Part shown: positions 21,160 to 31,230 of the stretch, piece by piece
Layout of the letters: every line of letters begins with the position of its first letter
Position numbering within the stretch: position 1 is the stretch's first letter
Program-made: the position numbers and the translations under genes
Notes under the pieces: generated by a model
What the model was told of the DNA's origin: nothing
The model's database searches: none
What the model saw: the letters and a program-made list of their open reading frames with translations, nothing else
Origin: a bacterium
Lineage (GTDB): Bacteria; Cyanobacteriota; Vampirovibrionia; Vampirovibrionales; Vampirovibrionaceae
Assembly (NCBI GenBank): GCA_030429585.1
Contig: JAUIEU010000001.1
Coordinates: 554,316 to 618,315, forward strand
Length of the DNA stretch: 64,000 bases
Reading direction: 5' to 3'

Positions 21160-22065
21160 ATGGAAATGTTACTTCTGTTTTTAGTCATCATGTTTTTTGT
21201 GGTGCTCTCCAAATCGGTGCGTATTGTGCGCCAATCTACCGTAGGGGTGGTGGAACGCCTGGGCCAGTATTTGGATACGCGGCAAGCGGGTATTACGTTT
21301 TTAATTCCCTTTTTAGATTCCATGCGCCTGCTGGACATGCGCGAGCAGGTATTACCGTTGCCTCCCCAGCCTGTTATTACCCGCGATAACGTGACCATGA
21401 ATATTGACGCCGTTATTTATATGCAAATTACGGACCCCTTCCGCGCGAGTTATGAAGTAAACGACTTGATTTTAGCTGTGGAAAAGCTGGCCCTAACCAC
21501 CATTCGGAATGTGATTGGTGAAATGAGCCTGGATGACACGCTAAGTAGCCGGGATGTGATTAACACCCAGTTGCAACATGTGCTGGATGATGCCACCAGC
21601 AAATGGGGCATGAAGGTAAACCGCGTGGAATTAAAAGATATTAACCCACCGCGCGATATTGAAGAGGCGATGCAGAAACAAATGCGTGCCGAGCGCGAAA
21701 AACGCGCCACCATTTTAACGGCAGAAGCGGAAAAACAATCGGCCATTTTAGATGCGGAAGGCGAAAAAGAAGCGCGCATTCGTCGGGCAGAAGGGGTGCG
21801 AGAAGCGGCTATTTTAGAATCGCAAGGTCAGGCAGAAGCCATTCGTCAAATTCAGCAGGCAGAAGCGGATATGCGCTTTTCTGTGTTGGATGCCTTAAAC
21901 CGAGCCAACCCAAGCGCGGGTACTATCCAAATTAAGTACCTAGAAGCTTTAGAACAATTAGGCGACGGGCAAAGTAACACACTGCTGCTGCCGTACGAAT
22001 CCGCTGCCTTTATGGGCGCCATTACCGGTGGCCTAAAAGCCGTGGATGCCGCCAAGGATAACTAA
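21160..22065 (+). CDS. SPFH/band-7 (stomatin-like) protein
   Basis: VVERLG, ITRDNV, TTIRNVIGEMSLD, WGMKVNRVELKDI, QMRAEREKRA. Confidence 0.93.
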   Translation: MEMLLLFLVIMFFVVLSKSVRIVRQSTVGVVERLGQYLDTRQAGITFLIPFLDSMRLLDMREQVLPLPPQPVITRDNVTMNIDAVIYMQITDPFRASYEVNDLILAVEKLALTTIRNVIGEMSLDDTLSSRDVINTQLQHVLDDATSKWGMKVNRVELKDINPPRDIEEAMQKQMRAEREKRATILTAEAEKQSAILDAEGEKEARIRRAEGVREAAILESQGQAEAIRQIQQAEADMRFSVLDALNRANPSAGTIQIKYLEALEQLGDGQSNTLLLPYESAAFMGAITGGLKAVDAAKDN

Positions 22066-22339
22066 CCCTCGGCCTGTGCATCATTAATAAATGTAACAAG
22101 AATAAGCAAATGGGCGCCTTTTGGTGTTTTTATTTATAAGTCACTTATTCTATGGCTATGGCTATGGGATATGGCCCCTAATGATGGACACTGGGGCACG
22201 CGCTCACATGTTATGTAACGGCTTTGGGAACATACGCCAAACAGTAGTCGTCTACAGTACACCGCCTTTTTAAACCTTAATATATGGCGCGGTATGGGCT
22301 AATTAATACAGTGACTTAATTCAATTTAGATGACGGATA

Positions 22340-22543
22340 ATGATGATGACGGACCAGCAACACAACACCACCAATACCAATACTGCTAAAAAACAGGGTA
22401 AAGCCCCACGCAAGGTAGTGGTTCAATCGTCGGTGCCTTCGTCTCATCCACTTAAGTTTTTAAAAATGCGCCAGCACCAGCAGGCGTTTTTAAATTGGCT
22501 TACTGCCAGCGATGAAAACCCCAGCCTACAGTTTGTGCGCTAG
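22340..22543 (+). CDS. small hypothetical protein
   Basis: 67-aa ORF in a 540-bp gap; GGA RBS-like sequence before ATG. Confidence 0.5.
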   Translation: MMMTDQQHNTTNTNTAKKQGKAPRKVVVQSSVPSSHPLKFLKMRQHQQAFLNWLTASDENPSLQFVR

Positions 22544-22644
22544 GCTATTAAGGTTAAGCCGTACCCGCGCCCGGTAGCGAGTTGTTAAACTCTCTGCTAG
22601 ACTGAGTGTATGTATTATATGGGCTTACAGGGATACACAAAGCA

Positions 22645-22974
22645 ATGGCAGACCAAACCGCACTGGGTTTTTTACAAGATGAGAAAACAGACCAGTTTAA
22701 CCGCTATGTGGAAGCACAGGGTGGCGCGGTGGATTTACAAAATGCCCATTTGCGCAGCTATGATTTGCGAAAATGCCATTTAACCCAAGCTGATTTGCGG
22801 GGCGCCTACATGCGGGCGACGGATATTCGGGCGCTGGATTTAAGCGAGGCCCAACTGGAAGGGGCCAGTATTAAAGATGCCAAAATCAGTGGGGTACAAT
22901 TCCCGCGGGATGTAAGCGCCAATGAAATTAACCTAAGCGTTACCCATGGTACCCGTATTCGGCAGGGGTTATAA
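22645..22974 (+). CDS. pentapeptide repeat protein
   Basis: A[D/N]LxxA-type repeats (VDLQNAHLRSYDLRKCHLTQADLRGAYMRATDIR); C-terminal GTRIR. Confidence 0.88.
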   Translation: MADQTALGFLQDEKTDQFNRYVEAQGGAVDLQNAHLRSYDLRKCHLTQADLRGAYMRATDIRALDLSEAQLEGASIKDAKISGVQFPRDVSANEINLSVTHGTRIRQGL

Positions 22975-22981
22975 ACCCGTC

Positions 22982-24415
22982 ATGACGAGTACAGGGGCGC
23001 AACCGGTGTTTACCTGCGCAGAGATAATTGCGGCCACAGAAGGCACCTGGGTAAATCCTAGCGATGCAATACCCACCATTAGCGGCCCCCTAAGCACGGA
23101 TACACGCACTTTAGCGGCAGGTCAGTGGTTTATCCCGATTGTGGGGGAGCGTTTTAACGGCCACGATTTTTTACAACAAGCCATTCAGGCGAAGGTGGCG
23201 GGTTGCTTGGTTCAGGCTGGGCAGATACACAACCTTGCCAGCTTAACTAATGGGCATATCCCGATTATTGAAGTGGCTGATACCACCTTGGCCTATTTGG
23301 CTATTGCCGGATGGTACCGTAAGCAGCGATGTGCGGGCACGGTGGTGGTTGGCGTAACGGGCAGTAGCGGCAAAACCACGGTTAAAGAGATGCTGGTGGC
23401 GGCCTTATCGCCCTATTGTACGGTGCAGGCCACTGCAAAAAACTTTAATAATGATATTGGCGTGGCCCAAACTTTGTTGGGCTGCCAGCCGAGTACGGAT
23501 GTGTTGATTGTGGAAATGGGGATGCGTGGCCTGGGCGAAATTGAACGCCTTTCTGTAGCCGTCCAGCCAAGTGTGGCGGTTATTACCACGGTGGGCAGTG
23601 CCCATATTGGCCGCTTGGGGAGCAAGGCGGCCATTGCCCAAGCCAAGGCAGAAATTATGGCTGGGCTAGTGCCCCATGCGGCGGTGCCTAGTAGCCCGGT
23701 GGCTATTTACCCAAGCAATGCAACCTTACTAACCCCCTGGGTAGCGGCCTTGCCCGCCACTATTCAGCGCCACCCTTTTACGGTGGTGGCAGGGCCCGTG
23801 CAGTCGCCTGTGGCGGGGGCCCATATGCAGGGCAATGCCAATGCAGTGGCCTTGGTAGGTCAGGCCTTGGGGTTATCTCCTCAGCAAATTCAGGCGGGGT
23901 TAAACACCTATGTGGTGCCAGAAGGCCGCGGAAACCTAATCACCCTATGTACCTCGCCCCATCACACCTTGATTAGTGACGCTTACAATGCCAACCCAGA
24001 AAGTATGGCCGCCTCTTTGCATCACTTTTTTGCCACCTATGCCACCGGCCACCAGGTGGCGGTACTGGCGGGCATGAAAGAATTAGGCGATTTTACGGAC
24101 AGTGCCCACCAACAGGTGGGGGCGCTATGGCAGCAGTTGGCTTTAGGGGCTACCGTGCCGCCAGCATTGTGGCTTATTGGGGATGAATTTAAATCAACGG
24201 CAGCAGCGGTCTCCGCTGCCGGGTTACCTTGCCAGTGGTTGGCCAGCATTCCATCAGCACCAACGGCCATGGTGCCACTGATTGATGCCATGGTTCAGGC
24301 GCTACCGTTACAAGCAGAGGGGGCGGTACTATTAAAGGGCTCTCGGGCTTACGGGTTGGATGCGCTAGGAGAAGCCTTGGTACTGCACTACGCGAAGCAA
24401 GTAACTGCGGTATAA
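22982..24415 (+). CDS. murF: UDP-MurNAc-tripeptide D-Ala-D-Ala ligase
   Basis: DTR, GERFNGHDF, VTGSSGKTTVKE, NFNNDIG, EMGM, DAYNANPESM, LLKGSR. Confidence 0.95.
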   Translation: MTSTGAQPVFTCAEIIAATEGTWVNPSDAIPTISGPLSTDTRTLAAGQWFIPIVGERFNGHDFLQQAIQAKVAGCLVQAGQIHNLASLTNGHIPIIEVADTTLAYLAIAGWYRKQRCAGTVVVGVTGSSGKTTVKEMLVAALSPYCTVQATAKNFNNDIGVAQTLLGCQPSTDVLIVEMGMRGLGEIERLSVAVQPSVAVITTVGSAHIGRLGSKAAIAQAKAEIMAGLVPHAAVPSSPVAIYPSNATLLTPWVAALPATIQRHPFTVVAGPVQSPVAGAHMQGNANAVALVGQALGLSPQQIQAGLNTYVVPEGRGNLITLCTSPHHTLISDAYNANPESMAASLHHFFATYATGHQVAVLAGMKELGDFTDSAHQQVGALWQQLALGATVPPALWLIGDEFKSTAAAVSAAGLPCQWLASIPSAPTAMVPLIDAMVQALPLQAEGAVLLKGSRAYGLDALGEALVLHYAKQVTAV

Positions 24416-24451
24416 TACGGGCTGTTGTTAGAGCCTGAAGGTGAATACGTT

Positions 24452-25420
24452 ATGCTAACCCTTGTGGTGGCTTTGTTACTGGGGTTGTTGGGCACGGTAC
24501 TGTCTGTGCCGGTGTGGATTCGTTGGCAACAACATCGCACCTTGGGTCAATCCATCCGAGAGGTAGGCCCGCAGGCCCATTTGGCTAAGCGGGGCACTCC
24601 TACCGCTGGTGGGCTGTGCATGCTGCTGGTGTGGTTGCTGGGTGCAGCGTTATTGGTGGTTATGTACCCCCACTTGCTTACCCCGGCTTTTGGCCTGGCG
24701 GTGGGGGCTACCGTGTTGTTGGGGGCTGTTGGTTTTACGGATGACTGGTTAAAAATGACCCGCAATGATAATAGCGGCGTGAGTGGTTACCTAAAATTAG
24801 GCGCGCAGGCCTTAGCCGGTGGCGCCATAGGCTGGTGGGGTTGGCAACACCATGGCGGCGCTACCCAAGTATTTGGGGTTACCTTGGTGCTGGGGTGGCT
24901 GTACCCTTTGTTTGCCGCCTGGGTGCTAGCGGCCTTTTCTAATGCGGTTAATTTAACCGATGGCGTGGACGGACTGGCAGCCACCACCCTTTCCATTACT
25001 TTTATGGTGCTAGCGGTGTTGTGTATGGCGATGGTGTTACCCGGCTTGGCGGTGCTGTGTCTTCTGGCGGTGGGTACATTGGTGGGCTTTTGGTGGTTTA
25101 ATCGGCACCCGGCCAAGGTGTTTATGGGGGATACCGGCAGCCTGGCCTACGGCGCGCTAGTAGCAGCCATCGGCCTATTGCTAGGGCTAGAGTGGTGGCT
25201 ACTGTGCTTTGGCCTGCTATTTGTATTAGAGGCGGTTAGCGTGGTGTTACAGGTGGGTAGTTTTAAGCTTACCGGTAAGCGGATTTTCCGCATGAGCCCG
25301 CTGCACCATCACTTTGAACTGGGCGGCATGAAGGAAACCCAGATTGTACGCCTGTTTATGGGCATCCAACTGCTGGGTGTACTGCTTGGGCTTGCGCTAT
25401 TACCGTTACTCGGGGTGTAA
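24452..25420 (+). CDS. mraY: phospho-N-acetylmuramoyl-pentapeptide transferase
   Basis: KRGTPTAGG, GFTDD, SNAVNLTDGVDGLA, FMGDTGS, PLHHHFEL. Confidence 0.96.
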   Translation: MLTLVVALLLGLLGTVLSVPVWIRWQQHRTLGQSIREVGPQAHLAKRGTPTAGGLCMLLVWLLGAALLVVMYPHLLTPAFGLAVGATVLLGAVGFTDDWLKMTRNDNSGVSGYLKLGAQALAGGAIGWWGWQHHGGATQVFGVTLVLGWLYPLFAAWVLAAFSNAVNLTDGVDGLAATTLSITFMVLAVLCMAMVLPGLAVLCLLAVGTLVGFWWFNRHPAKVFMGDTGSLAYGALVAAIGLLLGLEWWLLCFGLLFVLEAVSVVLQVGSFKLTGKRIFRMSPLHHHFELGGMKETQIVRLFMGIQLLGVLLGLALLPLLGV

Positions 25421-25427
25421 TATTGGT

Positions 25428-26981
25428 ATGACTGCCTGTACCCACCCCCTCCCTACCCAACCCACGCCCGCCCAACTGGAGTGCGCCACAACGGTTATTC
25501 TGCCGAATGACTGGCAGGGCCAGCCTTTAACAGTATTGGGGTTATCTAAAAGTGGGATGGCGGTGGCCCGTTATGTGGCTAGCCGTGGGGCCCAGGTATT
25601 TTTAAGTGAAATGTTGCCCGCCACCCCCAACAACGCTACCCAACGCCGAGAAATGGCCGCGTTAAATGTGGCGGTAGAAACCGGCGGCCATACCCATCAG
25701 TGCTACCAACATGCACCGTTAGTGGTGGCTAGCCCAGGGATACCCCCGAGCAGCCCTATCTTGCGCCAGTTATCGTTATCTAAAATCCCAGTAATTAGTG
25801 AAGTGGAACTGGCGTGGCAAGAAGCTGGCCGCCAAGCTACCCCCCCCTTTTGGGTAGGCATTACCGGTACTAATGGTAAAACCACCACCACCACCCTTAT
25901 TGGCGAATTGTTCAAGGCCCATGCAGATTCGCCCCAGCAGGTTGGTGTGTGCGGCAATATTGGCACCCCCGTGCTGGATGCCATGATGACCCAGCCGGAG
26001 TTGTCTCACTTGGTGGTGGAACTCAGCTCTTTTCAATTAGCCTTTTCGCCTTGCTTAACGCCAGCGGTGGGGGTGTTTTTGAACCTTAGCCCAGACCATA
26101 TTAACTGGCACGGCAGCATGGAAGCCTACAAACAAGCCAAGGCCAGTTTGTTTGCCCATATGACCCCCAACCAAGTGGCGGTACTAAATGGCGAAGATGA
26201 GGCGTGCCAAGGGGTGGCCGCTGATACCGCCGCCCACGTGGTATGGTTTACACGCCAGGCCACCTTGCCGGATACGGCGACTGTTGGTGTGGTGGTAAAC
26301 AAGGGTGCCCTGTGTTGGGTGGATAAGCAAAACGATACGGTTGAAGCCATTTTGCCTATTAACGATTTGCGCTTGCGTGGGCAGCATAATGTGCAAAATG
26401 TGGCGGCGGCCATTGCGGTGGCCAAGGCCTCAGGGATTGCTTCCGCTAAAATTGCCAGTGTGTGCAAAGGGTTTAAAGGGGTGGCTCATCGCCTGCAAAC
26501 CTTGCACACGTATCGTCACCCGCGCCATGCCTTTGCCTGCCAAGTGGTTAATGATAGTAAGGCAACTAATGTGTTGGCCGCTGTGGCGGCTGTATCCGCT
26601 TATGGCGATACCCCCACCTCCGTGTTGCTTGGGGGGCGCCCTAAGGATGAACCCTTAACCCCCTTGGAAGAAAAGCTAGCCGCCCACCCCTTAACCGGCA
26701 TGGCCTTGTACGGCGAGGCCATTGAGCGGTTTACGCCATTGGCCACCCAGGTAGGGGTACCGTTAGTTTCTGCAACGGGGCTGGATGATGCGTGCCGAGT
26801 ATGGGCCAATGCCATTACAGAAGGCCGCATACCATGTACGGGCAATACCCTAACCTTATTGTTTAGCCCGGCTTGCGCCAGCTTTGACCAATACCGAGAT
26901 TTTGAAATACGAGGCAATGCCTTTGCTATGGCGATAGACACCGCCTTGCAGGCAGAAGGCTGGGAGGTTACTGCCGAATGA
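25428..26981 (+). CDS. murD: UDP-MurNAc-L-Ala D-Glu ligase
   Basis: SPGIP, ITGTNGKTTTT, GNIG, ELSSFQL, DHINWH, NDSKATN, SPACASFDQY. Confidence 0.96.
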   Translation: MTACTHPLPTQPTPAQLECATTVILPNDWQGQPLTVLGLSKSGMAVARYVASRGAQVFLSEMLPATPNNATQRREMAALNVAVETGGHTHQCYQHAPLVVASPGIPPSSPILRQLSLSKIPVISEVELAWQEAGRQATPPFWVGITGTNGKTTTTTLIGELFKAHADSPQQVGVCGNIGTPVLDAMMTQPELSHLVVELSSFQLAFSPCLTPAVGVFLNLSPDHINWHGSMEAYKQAKASLFAHMTPNQVAVLNGEDEACQGVAADTAAHVVWFTRQATLPDTATVGVVVNKGALCWVDKQNDTVEAILPINDLRLRGQHNVQNVAAAIAVAKASGIASAKIASVCKGFKGVAHRLQTLHTYRHPRHAFACQVVNDSKATNVLAAVAAVSAYGDTPTSVLLGGRPKDEPLTPLEEKLAAHPLTGMALYGEAIERFTPLATQVGVPLVSATGLDDACRVWANAITEGRIPCTGNTLTLLFSPACASFDQYRDFEIRGNAFAMAIDTALQAEGWEVTAE

Positions 26982-28174
26982 CACCTGTACGCACCCCTCG
27001 GGTGGCTAAACCGCGCCCACCTAAATACCGCATGGGCCTGCCAGACAACTTTTTGTTGATGGTGGTAGGCTTGCTGCTGGCCATGGGGCTGATGTCGGTG
27101 TATTCCGCCAGTGCCACCCACGCCCAGCTAGAAACTGGCAATAGCCTGGGCCTGGCGTTTAAACAACTGATTGCCATGGGTATTGGTGTTGCCGGTGCGT
27201 TTGTTTTTGCTAACCTTCGTCCCCATGTGTACCAAACAGTGGCACGGCCCATGGCCTTGCTGGTAATTGGGCTGCTGGCGTATACCCTGGTAGCAGGTAA
27301 GGTGGCCAACGGTAGTGAACGCTGGATAGCCATCCCTGTGTTTGGCCAGTTTCAGCCCAGTGAGTTTGCCAAAATTGCCACCGTATTATTGCTAGCGGAT
27401 ATGTTGGCCCAGGCCAAGCGCTTTACCTGGCACCATATGATTAACCTGGCCATGGTGGCGGTGATGATTGGGCTTATTTTTAAGCAACCCAACCTAAGCA
27501 TGACCATGATTTTAGGCACCTTAACCCTGGCCGTCTTGGTGGTGGGCCGCTGGCCTATTTGGCTGTTTTTGGTGGGTATTCCACCAGTGCTGTATGGGGT
27601 GTATTTAAAAATTCAACAAACGGAATACCAGTGGCGCCGCATTGTGGGGTGGTTAAACCCTTGGGCCGATGCCCAGGATACTGGGTATAACCTGGTGCAA
27701 AGCTACTATGCTATTGGTAGCGGTGGCTTGGTAGGGGCTGGCTACGGACAATCCGCGCAAAAATTGTTTTACCTGCCCTTTCCGTACACGGATTTTATTT
27801 TTTCTGTGATTGCAGAAGAGTGGGGCTTTATGGGTAGCACCTTGCTGGTGGTGGTGTTTGCCATGCTGGCGTGGCGTGGGTTTAGGGTGGCCATGCGCGC
27901 CCCAGATCTTCACCCCCGTTTGCTGGCCTTTGGGCTTACCTTTGTCATTATTATCCAGGCCTTAATTAACATGGGCGTGACGACGGGCTTGTTGCCGGTA
28001 ACGGGTGTTACCCTGCCTTTAATTAGCTATGGGGGCACCAGCATGATGGTAACCCTGTGGATGCTGGGCATGCTGCTGGGCGTTTCTCGCTTAAGTAAAA
28101 CCATCCCTTTGCCTACAAGCGATGAAGCAACAGGCCAAGGAACGGCCACTGGGCTAACCCCCCAGCCGGTTTAA
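26978..28174 (+). CDS. ftsW: SEDS peptidoglycan polymerase FtsW
   Basis: RWI...FQPSEFAK, TDFIFSVIAEEWG, TGVTLPLISYGGTS; located between murD and murG. Confidence 0.93.
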   Translation: MTPVRTPRVAKPRPPKYRMGLPDNFLLMVVGLLLAMGLMSVYSASATHAQLETGNSLGLAFKQLIAMGIGVAGAFVFANLRPHVYQTVARPMALLVIGLLAYTLVAGKVANGSERWIAIPVFGQFQPSEFAKIATVLLLADMLAQAKRFTWHHMINLAMVAVMIGLIFKQPNLSMTMILGTLTLAVLVVGRWPIWLFLVGIPPVLYGVYLKIQQTEYQWRRIVGWLNPWADAQDTGYNLVQSYYAIGSGGLVGAGYGQSAQKLFYLPFPYTDFIFSVIAEEWGFMGSTLLVVVFAMLAWRGFRVAMRAPDLHPRLLAFGLTFVIIIQALINMGVTTGLLPVTGVTLPLISYGGTSMMVTLWMLGMLLGVSRLSKTIPLPTSDEATGQGTATGLTPQPV

Positions 28175-28186
28175 GGGGTTTTGGGT

Positions 28187-29293
28187 ATGACAAGCCAGGC
28201 TCCGCATATTGTACTGACGGGCGGCGGCACGGGCGGCCATATTTTTCCGGCGCTAACGGTGGGCGCCGCTTTGCGCCAACAATTGCCAGAGGCCCAGATT
28301 GATTATGTGGGCCAGCCCACCGGGCTAGAGTTTGAACGGGCGACGAAGGCGGGGTTTCCTTTTACTCGTATTACTTTTAGCGGTATGCCCCGTGGGCTTA
28401 CCTGGCGATGGGCCGCCTGGTTGCTGCAAGGGGTTATTGCCACAGGTACCATGCTGTGCCGCTTTATTGGTAAACGCCCTAAGGTGGTGTTTGCTACCGG
28501 GGGGTATGTTACGGCACCGGTGCTGGCGGCGTGCGTGGTGTTGGGTATTTCGTATGTGCTCCACGAGCCGGATGCTATGCCGGGCTTGGTGAACCGATTG
28601 TTCTGCCGTTGGGCTGCCGCCATCACGTGTGCCTTTACACCTGCCACCCAGGTGCTGGGTACGGCTAAAACCACCGTTACCGGCAACCCAGTTCGTACAG
28701 ATATTGGGACTGTGGATAAAGCTGCCGCTCAGCAACTGTTGTTTGGTAGCGCTATAAGTGGGCCATGTGTATTGGTGATGGGAGGCTCTCAGGGGGCGGC
28801 TAGTATTAACCAGGCGGTGGCCAACGGGGCAGAAGGCTTGCATAGTACCCTGGGTGCTACGGTGTTGCACCAGGTGGGCGCTAAGCACTGGCAGCGGTTT
28901 AAGGAAGAACACCCCAGCCCTTCCGCCTATTATCAGCCCGTGGCCTTTATTGAAGATATGCCCACGGCCTTGGCGGCGGCGAATGTGGTGTTGTGCCGAT
29001 CCGGGTCGATCACGTTATCCGAATTAGCCATGGCTGGGGTGCCAGCAGTATTGGTGCCCTACCCCCATGCGGCGGCAAACCACCAATATAAAAATGCAAT
29101 GGCCTTGGTGAATGACGGCGCGGCTGTGTTGTTGGCGGATAGGGATTTATCTGCAGAAACGGTAATAAGTCATATAGAGCGGGTATTGACGCCGGAAGCT
29201 AACGCTGCCATGCGAAAAAGGATGCAGCAAAGGGCCCTGCCACAGGCCACCGAAACCATTGCCAGCCGTGTAGTAGCAATAGCCTGTGATTGA
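28187..29293 (+). CDS. murG: undecaprenyl-PP-MurNAc-pentapeptide GlcNAc transferase
   Basis: GGGTGGHIFPAL, TGGY, HEPD..PGLVN, GNPVR, GGSQGA, HQYKNA. Confidence 0.96.
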   Translation: MTSQAPHIVLTGGGTGGHIFPALTVGAALRQQLPEAQIDYVGQPTGLEFERATKAGFPFTRITFSGMPRGLTWRWAAWLLQGVIATGTMLCRFIGKRPKVVFATGGYVTAPVLAACVVLGISYVLHEPDAMPGLVNRLFCRWAAAITCAFTPATQVLGTAKTTVTGNPVRTDIGTVDKAAAQQLLFGSAISGPCVLVMGGSQGAASINQAVANGAEGLHSTLGATVLHQVGAKHWQRFKEEHPSPSAYYQPVAFIEDMPTALAAANVVLCRSGSITLSELAMAGVPAVLVPYPHAAANHQYKNAMALVNDGAAVLLADRDLSAETVISHIERVLTPEANAAMRKRMQQRALPQATETIASRVVAIACD

Positions 29294-29318
29294 CACCTTT
29301 GGTAGGCTTGCCTAAAAT
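29290..29318 (+). promoter_or_regulatory. sigma70 promoter of tRNA-Gln
   Basis: TTGACA-17 bp-TAAAAT, about 20 bp upstream of the tRNA. Confidence 0.85.
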
Positions 29319-29337
29319 ACTTTCTACCCATTCATAT

Positions 29338-29409
29338 TGGGGAGTCGCCAAGTGGTAAGGCACCGGGTTTTGGTCTCGGCATTCGTGGGTTCGAATCCTA
29401 CCTCCCCAG
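29338..29409 (+). tRNA. tRNA-Gln (TTG), CCA not encoded
   Basis: TGGGGAG/CTCCCCA acceptor stem, AAGTGGTAAG D-loop, CCGGG-TT-TTG-GT-CTCGG anticodon arm, GGTTCGAATCC T-arm. Confidence 0.96.
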
Positions 29410-29416
29410 TTTTTTA

Positions 29417-29452
29417 TAATCCCCTGTTACACACCGTAGCGGGGGATTATTT
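29417..29452 (+). terminator. hairpin terminator after tRNA-Gln
   Basis: TAATCCCCTGTTAC...GTAGCGGGGGATTA stem with G-U pairs, followed by TTT. Confidence 0.6.
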
Positions 29453-29621
29453 GTAACTATTACCCGGTTTTACTTGGTAAACTAGCAATTTATTCTAATA
29501 TATCGTTTTTATTACTATATAGTTTTTATTGTATGGCTCGGTATTACCATAGCCTGCTAGCCCACGTGCGTGGGCATTAATTACCCAACTTATATATACA
29601 TTGCAAAGCACATAACGGATT

Positions 29622-29861
29622 ATGGCATCACCTCAACTCATCTTGGAATTGTCTAAAGGGTTTTTCAATAGAAATAACCCGGTGCAAGGCGTGGTGGCCA
29701 ATATTACCCAAGCGGTGCATTCGGTACTAACCTATAAAAGTAAGATGCGGTTATTAAAATATAAATTTATGCTGGCCCAGCAACAAATGAGTGAAATGGA
29801 AGAACATATCGTTTCTGGGGCGGTAGAACCGAGCGGTGGGCGCCTAGATAGGCCTTTTTAG
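29622..29861 (+). CDS. small helical hypothetical protein
   Basis: 79-aa ORF in an AT-rich region, ending GGRLDRPF. Confidence 0.6.
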   Translation: MASPQLILELSKGFFNRNNPVQGVVANITQAVHSVLTYKSKMRLLKYKFMLAQQQMSEMEEHIVSGAVEPSGGRLDRPF

Positions 29862-30123
29862 CCTGAAAACCGGCGATAGATAACAAAATGTTACGGGAAA
29901 AGCGGGTAATTTGTTACACAGTCGCAACAAAATGCCTGTGCTGGGTTTAATGCCAATGTTGCATAGTATTCCTTTTACTAATTATTTAGCAGGGGGGGTG
30001 TCGACGCAACCATTGCATGTCAGAGACAACATTCTATAGTTACACCGAGAGACTGACCGTTGATTGGCCAATACCATATTGGTTTTTCAGTAGGAGAGTA
30101 CGAGAGATTTACAGACAGGCTGT

Positions 30124-30456
30124 ATGAGTTACGCATTTTCATCCAGTATATTGCTTTCCCTTGTGGCCCAGGAGTACGACCTGGAAGCCGAGGTATTTCG
30201 CCTTAAAAGCGAATTGTTTGCAATGCATGCCTCTCGTGGTGCGTTAGAAGCCCAGGTCAATACTAATCCGCATTCTCGGTTAGCCATGGCGCTACGCTCC
30301 CAGCTAATTACGATTAAGCAGGCGGAAAAATTTATCACGATGCGATTAAACCAAGTTCAACCGCAAATCCAGGCCAACCAACAGATGCAGCAATCTGTTA
30401 AGCAAACCGTACAAAAAAGCGTTAAAATATTCGGAACCTGGGGCGGTGGTGGCTAA
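30124..30456 (+). CDS. small coiled-coil hypothetical protein
   Basis: 110 aa, helical hairpin pattern (LLSLVAQEYDLE...EKFITMRLNQVQPQIQANQQMQQSVKQTVQKSVK), ending GGGG. Confidence 0.7.
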   Translation: MSYAFSSSILLSLVAQEYDLEAEVFRLKSELFAMHASRGALEAQVNTNPHSRLAMALRSQLITIKQAEKFITMRLNQVQPQIQANQQMQQSVKQTVQKSVKIFGTWGGGG

Positions 30457-30483
30457 TTTAGCCGCATAGTAGTGCTGTAAACG

Positions 30484-31230
30484 TTAGTGTGAGGGTGTCA
30501 GTAGCGATGCCTGCTTGTTGGCCTGTAAGGCAGCTTGCACAGGCTTGTAACTTAGCCGGTGGTAAGGCGTTACCCCTTGGGCTAATAATGCGGCTTTATG
30601 ATGGGGCGTTGGGTAGCCCATATTACTTTCCCAGCCATAGCCTGGGTAGTGGGTGGCGATATCGCTTACCCACATGTCGCGGGTGTGCTTGGCCACTATA
30701 CTAGCGGCGGCAATTACATAGGATTGGCCATCCCCTTTAATAATGGCTTGCTGGGTGCGTTGCTGAGAAGGGTGGGCTTGTTGGAGTAGAGGGTCAGGCA
30801 AGGTGGCGCGGCCATCCATTAACAGGTGGTGGGCTGAATGTTGGATTGCTGCATGGTTGTGGACCAATTGCTGGTAGGCGCGCACAGCGGCCAGTAAAGA
30901 AGCCTGATGCACGTTTACCTCATCCACTTCGGTATGGGATACCCAGCCAATACCCACGTGGCAGGTTTCCATAATGGCACGGTAGGCGGTGGTTCGTTGT
31001 GGTGCCGTCATGGCCTTAGAATCGTTGACGGGGTGAAGGCCTGCAATAGCAACAAGGTGTTGGGTGGTTACCTGTTTAGGCAGGCACACAGCCGCCGCCA
31101 CCACAGGGCCCATACAGCACCCGCGGCCCACTTCATCCAACCCAATCAGGGTAGTGGCTGGGTCTTGCTGCTCTGCGATGTCATCGTCAAAGGCCAGCAG
31201 GTGGGGTAGGCGCCAAGGTTTAGTCGGCAT
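30484..31230 (-). CDS. rnhB: ribonuclease HII
   Basis: GLDEVGRG..GPVVAAAV, NDSK, DG, IKGD..S..IAAASIVAK..RD, GYPT..H, HRLSY. Confidence 0.95.
   Translation of the reverse strand: MPTKPWRLPHLLAFDDDIAEQQDPATTLIGLDEVGRGCCMGPVVAAAVCLPKQVTTQHLVAIAGLHPVNDSKAMTAPQRTTAYRAIMETCHVGIGWVSHTEVDEVNVHQASLLAAVRAYQQLVHNHAAIQHSAHHLLMDGRATLPDPLLQQAHPSQQRTQQAIIKGDGQSYVIAAASIVAKHTRDMWVSDIATHYPGYGWESNMGYPTPHHKAALLAQGVTPYHRLSYKPVQAALQANKQASLLTPSH

Noticed and set aside
29409-30480. Integrative element at tRNA-Gln (also considered at tRNA-Leu)
   Set aside because: No integrase and no duplicated tRNA 3' end seen.
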